A stretch of 64,000 bases of DNA, from NCBI GenBank assembly GCA_026026165.1, contig JAPEUD010000092.1, positions 1-64,000 of the forward strand, given 5' to 3'. Shown here piece by piece: positions 24,334 through 34,676 of the stretch. The notes beneath the pieces were generated by a model, which was not told the DNA's origin, did not search any database, and was given only the letters and a program-made list of their open reading frames with translations. The DNA comes from Sarea resinae (taxonomy: Eukaryota). A program made the translations under genes and the position numbers. Position 1 is the stretch's first letter; every line of letters begins with the position of its first letter.

Positions 24334-27300
24334 GATTGCGGAATATGTCTTCTCGTTGATCGAGAAGTGGAAAAGCTTTTCTGGGATCAAGGTCAGCCAG
24401 AGGACAAGAGAAACAGACTGAGGCTCAAACTACACTTTGGGGCCGAGACGAAGGAGGAAAGAGAGAGGTGATGTTCGAGGTGAGGTGAAGGGAAGTGAAA
24501 GCTCGATCAGAGAGAAGCGGCGGTGTTCTAATAAGACTAACAAGAGCACTACGAGTGTACCTCCATCGATTATCGGCGGGACAAGGGAGCTATCTTTGGG
24601 AGGAGATGGTCAGACTTTTGAGCGCGGCACGATGATTGGCCGAGAGGGCTGTCTGGTCGTGCTGTAGGGGGTACAAGGCTCGAAATGGAGAAACGTGGGC
24701 GGGTTGGCTTTGGCTTGGCTCTGGATTGGCTTTGGGTTGGGGGTGAGGTGGAGGGGTGGAGGGGCGGAGGGGAGAGCGTGGAAGTAGGCGGTACTTTGCC
24801 CGGCGCCGTCGACCACGTGCCTCCGCTGGTACTCAGTACCGAGTCAGTGGAGCGGCACTCTAACGCAGTAACCTTACTACTATGTAGGTACTCTCCCAGC
24901 TGGAGGGTGGATCAGTATCGACTAGGTACGGAACCTCATGCCCGTTCGACGGAGTAATCATGGGAGGTTTGCATGAGCAAGTCAGTAGTAAGGTATGGAT
25001 GTATCAGTGTACGCAGTATGAAGATATGAAGGGAATCTAGCGCACCTCAAGTCCGAGGAGTCCTGCAGAACCTCAGTCTCCAATGGCGGTCGTTGTTCTT
25101 CTTTTTGTCACTGGCTTATTCCCGCAGCCACGGTGGTGCCTCTCCCCACGCTCTCGAACACGATATATTGCTTTTCCGGTATGCTCGAGCGGGAAGAGGC
25201 GAAGTCCATCGATCAATGTCAGGTACCTGCCGTCTGCACCCAAACCACAGACAACACCAAGTACCTTCCTCACCTCTGCTTGCTCGCCGCTACCTAGTAC
25301 CGATACAGCAAAAACACTGATGATAATAAGCAAAGAAAATCTTATTCTGATCCTCGCTGCCCACGATTCTCTTTCTCTTCGTCCCACGTAACATGCCCCA
25401 TAGAGAGTACGAGTACATATAGCGTACTGGGCGCGGCCATCACTAATAACCTTGGGTCAGAAATTGACAGCCGCGCCCACCTTTCAGGTTCGCTTCGCCT
25501 GGAGGGGTATGAATACGTAGTAGTTTCAAGGCGGGCATGGACGTCGAACATGACTACTTCCTAGTAGGCTTCGACATGGATATGGTATGCGATGGGCAGG
25601 CACCTAGCCCTGCCCCGCTATCGCAGGGTCTGTCGCGTGAGTGTGTAATTGATCAACTGACCGTCGTGGCCAGGTTTGGTCGTAGGAGAGCCATACTCAA
25701 TTTTCACAGCCAAGTTTCACGTTTCTGGAATCAGCTACGGATTACCCGCGGAGCAGGTCACGGACCAATGCACACCTCACACCTAAAGGCAACGAAGGAT
25801 CTCCCACGTCCTCAGTCTCCGGTCGCGCGCGCCACAGCCAGGGTACTCCGAGTAGACCTCACCTTGGCTGTTGGTGCCGCCAGTGGGGATGTGAGATGAC
25901 AGCCTCGCCCAGTAAGCTGCAGGGCAATCGTAATTCATCTAATACCTGCTGTATGCACGTGGCTTTCGACTCTTCTTTCTCTCCTTTTCGTCTATTCCCC
26001 GCGTTGACAAATTCAACGTCACCAGTGTTTGAGTGCGTGCCGATAACGAAAGCCATTTTCGTTACTTTTTATTTTTGGCTTTTCGGTGCCGCGTTCGAGC
26101 GTCGGAGTTCCCATGGTGAAGAGCGTGACTAAGAAATTTCGAGATTAGCAGCAGAGTAATATTTGGCATGCAGATCGAAATAATACGAGAGGTTGATCGG
26201 GGAGTTTGGTGGAGAGACATCAATGTACAGTATTCTTGTTCCATGTTCACGTGTCTGTGCCATGGATGCGGGCATGCTTCTTCCCCACGTTCTTTCGCAC
26301 CATGGCGAAAAGGAGCGCTAGGGGCTCTTAGCATGAGCACAGTCGACGAATTCCATGGCGGGACAGAATGCCGTTGTCGGAGCCAGACATACAGAGTCGG
26401 CAGATGCTATTGAACGGTATGTGGAAGCCGCAATGGAAGTAGAGTACACAAAAGCAAGGTACTCGTAGTTGGGACATTGTGAAACCTTCCTGTAAGGCTA
26501 CCTCAGTATTCCAGAGTAAGGTATTCATCGAACGAGGTGAGCCCCATTGCAAGATGATTGATGCTGAGCATCATTCGAGACAACAATCCTTACAGTCTGC
26601 AGTACTCCTAGATAGCACTCGTACTAGATATGGTTGAGCGACTTTCGGCGGAGACCATCTCAGTCTAGAAGAGACGGTTCCAGCGGTCCTTTCGGTCCTT
26701 ACCGCTTTGCTCTAGCGCAGGGACTGTTCTTATCGCTGGCTGGCCATTGGCTCTAGTCTCGCGGGCAATATCAATGAGGAGCCCGGAATATATTGCTACC
26801 TTACGTAGTAGAGTAGGTAGGTGGGTAATACCTTGAGGCACTCAAGTTGGTAGTGTCAATATGGGCCGAACAGCCCTGCCCAAGGCGGTTGGGACACCCT
26901 TCCAGAAGACGCGGGGGAAAGGTCCATCTACATCGTTAGGGAAGAGGCAAGGCGACCATCATCACTGGTCCGGTTCGAGATCATCTGAACGTGGCTCAGC
27001 AGATCAGCTAGATCTGTCTGTTACGTGGAACCAAAACTATAATTGACATTCTCCAACAAGATGAAGCCGCACCGCGATCGAGGGGTGCGGCGTCGCTCCT
27101 TGCCCTTTCTTTCGGACGCTTCTCTAGATGTAGCAGATTTAATGCACAGGATCCGGATGGCTGCTGCCTCCATATATCTGATCTGGGCCCAGAGAACGTT
27201 CCAAGATGCCCGTCGCCCAATCGTTTGCTTGCTGGTTCCGATTGGGGCAATGTTCGACACTCAGGCTCAGACAGTTCTTTAGCCACTGTACGCCAGATTT

Positions 27301-28561
27301 GGTCATCTCAACAAATACATCGGCAGAAATATCTGGGGCTGACTGAGCCGTAACTGTGCCCGAGAAGCATTTTCTTCTGACGAGCGTATATTGGATGTCA
27401 TATAATTGGGGTGCTACCATTAACGGACGCTGAAGTCATCTGTTCCACTGCACCCTGGAGATCGTCATCCAATATTGTTCTGGTTGGATGAGTACTAGCT
27501 CACTTCTAGAGGCGATCCATTACCTTATGCATTCCCCGAAATTGCCAGCGTGTCACCGTGCTTGAAAGGATTCATGCGCGTTCCAGATGCAGCTTGAAGC
27601 ATCCATCGAGTCTGTTTCGGGTCCTACAATTTGCTTCAACATACCCTAACAACGAATACATGCCGACCTATCTAGACCAGGTGCTGAGATAGTCCTGGGG
27701 GAAGGTTACTCGTTTCATTAATCCGTAGTATTTTGCAAGTCAATGCCATATTCATAACATCTCGTCGTGCACGAGATAATGCACGTGATACTCAAATTGT
27801 GTTTGCCCGCTTCGAAACATTGTGGCCTGGTAGCCAGGAAGCCTTGTTGGAGCGGCAAAAGCACATTGTCGGCCGGAAACGGTTTGCCTGTTGCGCCTTG
27901 GATACAACTTGAAAAATTTCAAGAAGTCTAGACATTGGTATCAACCGAGGGTATGCGCACCTCTCTTGCATTAATCTACTATCGTGGCCCGCTCGCCCCG
28001 GAAGCGAATCTGCAGGCCAACCATAAATGCCTTGGTAATCCATTGCCTTCACCGGCAAAGAAGTGGTAGGCGTGGGCCTACACGTTGAGAGAAGAGATGC
28101 TGATAGTGATTGCCTGATGGTAAGTGCATTCGCAACTCTGATCCCAACGAATCATATAGAGATTGCTATATCGGTAGCTCAGACAAACAAAGACTCTTCG
28201 CCCTACCTGTAGAAGGTAATCAGAGTCCAGGTAAAGTATTGCTGAGGCAGTAACGGGGTGATTTTGACTGGCCACTTAAAGCCTGTGGCACAATTGCATG
28301 GACAACTGTCAGTGACTCTTCAGATCATATAATAACAATTGAACAACACCCGATTCTCGAGCTTGGTATAACACACAGGGTCAATCTGGGTTGCAAAAGT
28401 GACTGTATATGCTCTAGATGTTACTCTTCCCTTCTCTCAATCAATAGCGACTGCTTCTGTATATAACGACTGCATGTACAAAGAATTAGCAGACGCAAGA
28501 TTGAAAGCTGTCCAGCTCTAGGCAGGTCTATAATCTGTACCAGTCTTCAGAACCTCTTGAA

Positions 28562-28894
28562 ATGTGCTACCTCGAACACACCTTTCATCTGCCATGCTCA
28601 CATTGGGGCAGGACTCGAAATATTTTTCCTTGCATCCGGGCACAGGTCGTCGGCGGCCTCACCCAAGGTTTTTGGGACAGTCAAATGAGTGGCACGTCGA
28701 ATAGCAGAATCAAATGCTCAAGATGCCTCCGAGTAGAGCAAGCGGAGCGTAATGGATGGACTCCATGGGCACGAGTGAGCGATGCAGGACTTCGAGCCAT
28801 CAATGATCAAATCAGAAGGAGAAGCGTCGAGCAGAGTGACCTAAACTGGACGAAGCCAGACATCATATACCGCCAGAAGACATACCGCTATTAG
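28562..28894 (+). CDS. Small hypothetical protein (110 aa) with an N-terminal Cys/His pattern, possibly zinc-binding
   Basis: MC-x9-C-x-H...C...C-x2-C pattern typical of small lineage-specific ascomycete proteins; clean ATG-stop ORF. Confidence 0.55.
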   Translation: MCYLEHTFHLPCSHWGRTRNIFPCIRAQVVGGLTQGFWDSQMSGTSNSRIKCSRCLRVEQAERNGWTPWARVSDAGLRAINDQIRRRSVEQSDLNWTKPDIIYRQKTYRY

Positions 28895-30191
28895 AAAGGT
28901 CAATTCGGAGAAAAAATCGTGGGGTAGTGTGGTGCCTTCAAGCTCGGGAGAAGGAGACAGTATTCTCGAATCACAGATACGGTCACACACCAAAGAACCG
29001 AAACGTTTCAAGATACATCGAGCACTTCTGTTTGAGGCAATTGTCGAAGGCATAGAATGAGGGCGTGGGATTGACTGAATGTGAAAAGAATTTCGCAACC
29101 TTTCGAATCGCTCTTATTGGCCACAGAGCGAGTGAGCGCACTGAAACGATGCCTGTCTCTCAGTGCAACGGCGATAAGTTGGGACGAAGTTGGTATGGAT
29201 AGAGCCCTGATCTGTCGGTTTGGGTCTGCTGCTGATTTAGTATTGATAGCGTTCATGATCATAAGGTGATGATAATCTGTCGGCTCTGCTTGAAGATTGT
29301 GAATACAGAGAAAACAATATTCACCCTGAGCTCTGCGAGAGAGCAGCCTTGCCATGTTAGCTCAAGAAAGATCGAAAGAAACCTGCCAGATGAGGCCTTC
29401 TGCTTCCCTCACCGACTCCTTTCGGTCGCCTGGTCAGCAGACACGAATTTTTGAGCCGGCGGGCCGCGGAATCGTTGGAGCGCAGCAGCGTCATAAGCTT
29501 GGAAGACCTTATGCTCTTCCCAATGCATCAACTGAATGAGTTAAGTCTATCCTTGACACTGGCGGAGAACATTGAGGTTGGCTTGAGTCTCGACGCACTC
29601 TATCCCGGTCCTCAAAACAAATGAAAAAGTCTAAAGATGTCCGAAAGCTGCGGCATCTCCTTGAAATCGGATATCCAATGACCTGTTCGCATTTGACTTG
29701 ATTGCCAAGACAGATCACGAAAGAGCTAGGCTTTCGTACCTTCTTCAGATCGACATTACACAGGTCGATGGTATGTGGGGGACGAATGACGACTTGTGTC
29801 CATCCATGTAGCAATCAATTAATATATATTAATATATCGGTATGACAGGAACGTTACTGCGTTAGAGTAGCAATTGCCCTAGTACTTCATACGATATCCC
29901 CTTCAGCTCGAAGAATTGTACCGATGCATTCTACAGCCCGATCAGCAAGCCAAAACGGTCAATTCGATATTCGAATTCATGATGCCCAAGGAGCGCTCGG
30001 AGGGCACTGCTGCTATTCCCCTCGTCATCGATTGTTTGGATGCCGTGCCCTTTGAGATGAACGTAATGAAAGATCGCGTAATAAGCTACTGCGGGAGGCT
30101 CCCGGGTCCCTCGTTCCAGCTAAGGACAACTTGAGAGATTCATGATCACGTAAGCTCAAGTTGATAGAAAGCACCTCTCAAAAGTACTCGG

Positions 30192-30355
30192 AGTATCTGT
30201 GGACGACCGAGGGACTGCGTGAGGCACATGTCCGGTGGGTTCAAGTGGCTCGCTTCTTCCCCTCGGGTACGCAGGGCGTTGGGGTCCCTTCTCCACTTCC
30301 CCTGACATCCGCCGCGCGTTAGTTACATCCTAGATGCTCCCCCTGTTGCCTTGTA
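30192..30355 (+). repeat. Direct repeat copy A (about 160 bp), left of the APH gene
   Basis: Shares ordered blocks with 32068-32219: tctgtg, aggcaca, ggctcgctt, ggtacgcagggcgt, cttcccctgac, cgccgcgcgttag, atgct-cccct-tt-ccttg. Confidence 0.85.
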
Positions 30356-30968
30356 TTCTACTCTATGAAGTACTCTTCCTAGCTGGCTTTCATCAGGTGA
30401 TCATGATTTCCGCAGAAAGATTCTCCCTCAAAGGACGTAGGTTCGGCCGAAGCAAACCTCCTTGGCTCCTTTGTGGTAGGATGGAAGTCTTGAAGTGTGT
30501 AAAACTGTAAATCATTCTTTGAAGTTCGAGAGGCCACTGTCACGGCGCGTTGGATGTTCACAATGTCCAGGATGCTGTTACCCGGGCTGTCATGAGATGC
30601 GTGCATCTCCATCCAGTAAAAGGATCCAAGGTGGCATTCGCGTCTTCGTTCAATGTTTTCATGCGTTCCTCGCCGATTTTGTATGCGTTCCTCGCCGATT
30701 TTGTCTGCGTCCTCCTTCGCGTCCAAGGCAAGAGAAGGATGTGTCATTCCATGATGCTTTTTCCCTTGGCAAGAGGGCAACAAAGACGTCCTCCGCAAGC
30801 CATTTACATCGGTCTGCCGTCCATGGATATTCCCCAGGCCCAAGACCGCAGTGGATAGCAGTGAACGTAGAATCAGGGTTTCCGCGCTGATAACACTCTC
30901 CCTCTGTCTAATCCTCAATCATAATTCATCTCTCGTAACAGATTTACTTCCTTTCAAACCTAATCTCA

Positions 30969-31844
30969 ATGGGTGAACCATCCGACAAGGGCTGTATCGC
31001 ATGCGGTTGGACACTCGAAAAGCAAAATCGGTGCCATTATTCTAGCCACCTCAAACTCTTCTACGGTGCATCTCAACGGGGCGTCTGGTCCATCGGCTCT
31101 GATGTGATTTTGAAAGACCGCCCGGACGAGGGTCCAAAAGCAAAAATTGAAGTCAAAACACTGAACCACCTGGCAATCTATACCGACATCCCCGTTCCAA
31201 AGGTCCTGCGTGACTGGGTCGATCGCGATGGGCGATACTTCGTGCTAAACGAACGTATAGGTGGTCAAACACTCGAGGAGGCATGGCCTTCGTTGTCAGA
31301 ACCCCAAAAGAAGGTTATCGCGGATCAAGTCGTTCAAGTGCGCAAGCAGCTTCGAACCATCACGTCAACCTCCATCCAATGTGTCGACCATAGCCCATGC
31401 TACCCAGGCTTACTATTTTTCGATGATGAACCCCGCGGACCGTTTCACTCCGACAAAGAACTTTGGGATGCCCTCAGCCTTAGCCTTGACCATCTCCCTC
31501 AACGAGTTTTGGAGAACTTGAAGAAGCGTCTACCGAAATGCGAGCCCTACGTCCTCAGTCATTGCGATCTCAATTTAGGCAACATCATAGTCCAAGATGG
31601 GAAGGTTGTTGGTATACTCGACTGGGAGTATGCTGCCTATTTTCCTGTCTGGTATGAATATGTCTCCGCCTCTTTTGGATTCACATATATGGATGTCGAA
31701 TGGGAGAGGTTGCTCCGAGAGCGCTTAGGCGTACATGACGAGGCACATGAAGATGCCAAGGCATTTTGGACGGATATATGTAGTCTAAGACAGTACCCGG
31801 ATTTGGATGAGAAAGGTCAAGAAGCCTTAAAGAGACTATCTTGA
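30969..31844 (+). CDS. Aminoglycoside phosphotransferase (APH)/choline kinase-like phosphotransferase, intronless
   Basis: VILKD (beta-3 Lys), IPVPKV, Brenner motif HCDLNLGNIIV, GILDWEYAAYFPVWYEY. Confidence 0.92.
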   Translation: MGEPSDKGCIACGWTLEKQNRCHYSSHLKLFYGASQRGVWSIGSDVILKDRPDEGPKAKIEVKTLNHLAIYTDIPVPKVLRDWVDRDGRYFVLNERIGGQTLEEAWPSLSEPQKKVIADQVVQVRKQLRTITSTSIQCVDHSPCYPGLLFFDDEPRGPFHSDKELWDALSLSLDHLPQRVLENLKKRLPKCEPYVLSHCDLNLGNIIVQDGKVVGILDWEYAAYFPVWYEYVSASFGFTYMDVEWERLLRERLGVHDEAHEDAKAFWTDICSLRQYPDLDEKGQEALKRLS

Positions 31845-32067
31845 GGCCGGTGACAGAATTTTGCTTCGGAATAATTTCAATCACTGAGGCTGGCATAGGT
31901 GGTCATACGTATCGACCCTCGACAGCACAAAACCCATACTGTTACCATCAGGAAGCCTTCGCCGTGTCAGTCAGACTCTAGAAATTCTTATTTGCGGCGG
32001 CAGTAGTGTTACACATCGTTAAAGATAAATTGATATTCCGTGAGGCCCTAGATAACCTCCAGCTCTC

Positions 32068-32219
32068 AGTGTCTGTGAACATGTAAGGCACAAATCTAGT
32101 TGCTTTGCTTAAGCGGCTCGCTTAGGCTTTTCCCTTGAGGTACGCAGGGCGTGAGAGGCCTCTCCTCTTCCCCTGACTTTCGCCGCGCGTTAGATACATG
32201 CTACCCCTATTACCTTGCA
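32068..32219 (+). repeat. Direct repeat copy B (about 150 bp), right of the APH gene
   Basis: Same-orientation diverged copy of 30192-30355. Confidence 0.85.
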
Positions 32220-34676
32220 ATCCTTTCGAGAGTTCTCCGAGTAGTACAGCTAGAAAGTACAGCTGGAAGCTGTCTCTTCCGTACTCCGTACAACAGCATT
32301 GATGCGTTTTCTAGCGTTACTCGTGCTGTATTCCTTCTCCTGGCAATCTCAGGGGGCTACAGTGCCCAGCTTTCGCCGCACAGCGTGATGCAGATGCCAA
32401 TTCATGCCAAGTCAAGGCCAACCGAAGGAGAAGATCGCATGCTGGTCGATGCACACGAAACGCAACGTGTTACGGAACTGGTATGGAGGTCATGTATCAA
32501 GACGCTTTCGATGCTTCGCTCCGCTCTGTATGCGAGCTCAAGTTCGGGACTTACATAGTAGGGCAAACTCCAATCGGTACCGAGGCTCAAAGACGCCGAA
32601 CTCCCGCCACGACGGTGTGGGATCCGTGCATACTACTAGTACGGATACTGTATCCTGCCATCCCTATCCATATCATGATTTATACCGTTCTAGAGTAGGT
32701 CTGCGACCAAACGGACCCATTGTTCTTTACATGCATACATACTCCGTACATACATGCAGACAATCATTCAATTCCCACGAGGCGAACGGAAACTGTTTCG
32801 TCTTTCATTCTTGCAGCGGTTCCTGACTACTCATCCCAGCCCTGATCCAATGTTTGAGCATGGCCCACGTGTGTTCGCCGCGTACAAGAATGCCTCCTGT
32901 TTCTTCCGGATCAGCGGCGATACATGACAATCCACGATCCATGCTGCTCGCAGACTCAGATACGTCACGAAGACATTGATATTGCTCTGTCGGGTGGAAA
33001 TAGCATCGATGATGGCGTTCGGACACAGGGAATCAACAGTTTCAATCTAGAGAACGTCATCCCGTCTGTCAATCTCAGTCACGGACAGCTAGAGCGCCAA
33101 TGCTCGAGTGCCAATGCTCGAGTTTCCTTTCGTCCATATTAATATCAGAGAGCTCAATCAAAAATGGCAGGGGGTCTACATGGAGTTAGTACATCGTAGG
33201 CCGAGACTGTATGAAGCACTATGAAGTACTCGGTACGGAATATGTACGGTGTGCGTGCGCCAGATATGCCCGTGATCGACAACGCAAGGGTAGCTGGAGG
33301 ACTGAAAAGCGATGGTCGTACTCCGTACTCCGTACTCGGTACGCCATGTGGGTAAAGGGCATGTCCAGTGCGTCTTACTCGGATCACGCAGTGCCCGGTA
33401 TCTGTCCTGGGAGTCCGAATTGAGCATCTCAACTCCGAGCCTGATGATTTCTGGCGAGATAGAAAGGAAAGGAGCTGGAGTACTAGTAGTCGGCTGTCTA
33501 CCTTAAGGAGATGCTCTACTCCGTACTCTGCTAGTGATAGTATCAGCCGCAGGGACTCCGTATTCCGACAAGCACCAAGGTCCACTGCTAGGTACAGTAC
33601 TCGTAGGTCGTTTGATCTTACTACTACTCTTAGAGTAAGGTAGGTAGAGAGAGCGAAGTGAGTACCTAGAGTACTACTCCGTACCAAGTGCCCGTGGGAT
33701 GGCGGGGATACTGCTGCAGTGGCGGCCACCTAGTACCTCCTAGTACGCCGTGGGCGGCAGTTACCGCGCTGTACATACCTTAGTACTGCAGCATGGAAAG
33801 ACGATTGACTGCTTCTATTCCTCTTTCGAGCCCGGGCCCTGCACCTCTCGGTGTCGGCCAACTATCGACTAACCCTCTAGCTCGTTGGTCGAAAGTGGTC
33901 CCCCCGATCTCGACAGGAACAGGTTCAATCGCCTAGAGCGCAGTAGAGCAGAGCCCTTTGGCCTTGGGATTTGACCCCTACCGCCGCCTACCGAGCACGT
34001 CGCTCCCTCTGCCTATCTGAAGCCACGAATCTGCCAAAAGTACGAAGTAGAGTCGTAGTAGTGTCCTTTGCGCTCAGCTGAATCCGTACGTGCTCTACCT
34101 TACCTCCTATGGTTCAGCCTCCCACCAGAGCTTCAGCTTGCCAAGAGACCATTTGCGACACCACTGTCCTGACATCTTGGTCGTCACGCTCGAGAGGCTG
34201 AAGCATCAAATCATGTCTCTATAGCGATAGCTGTGAGTTGACCTGTACTATCCATCTGCTGTCGACAATCATGCCCTTCAGGAGGACGGCTATCTGACCA
34301 CTTCAGGCTGATCCTGATAAGTCCACTTGCTGACCCCATTGTGCAGCAGCTACAAAGCCAAACCGACCCCGAACCAGCCTAGAATCAGTAAGTTCTTGAA
34401 ATTGCTTCTGGGATGCAATACCATGCTGCCGGAAGGCTCCTCGCGACGTTAATTGACGTTTTCTCAGCGTTGACGGGCAGCCTAGCGGGGGCCACAATTC
34501 CCACGATCACGACTCGGTGGCTTACCTATGATTTCGCTCATTCCAACTATACCACAAATATTGCAAGCCTGTTGTTGAGCGGCAGCCCGCCCTGAATCCT
34601 TACTGGACCACCCGCTCTCGATCGAAGTTCGACCTCTTCCGCCACAAATCCTCATCGAGGCTTCGATACCCACAAA

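Noticed and set aside
26966..26985. GGTTCGA T-loop-like motif (also GGTTCAA near 33922) suggesting a tRNA
   Set aside because: No T-stem complementarity or cloverleaf
27644..27651. ACCCTAAC (and CTAACCCTA on the minus strand near 2672-2680) as a telomerase RNA template
   Set aside because: Matches of 8-9 nt are expected by chance, and no pseudoknot or other TER element was recognisable
30241..30330. Direct-repeat core as a self-cleaving ribozyme
   Set aside because: Could not fit hammerhead (CUGAUGA/GAAA) or HDV-like topology on either strand by eye; an Infernal scan would settle it
30379..30918. 179-aa minus-strand ORF with a 22-bp tandem duplication (30661-30704)
   Set aside because: Non-ATG start and no recognisable domain; at most a decayed fragment inside the repeat-flanked cassette
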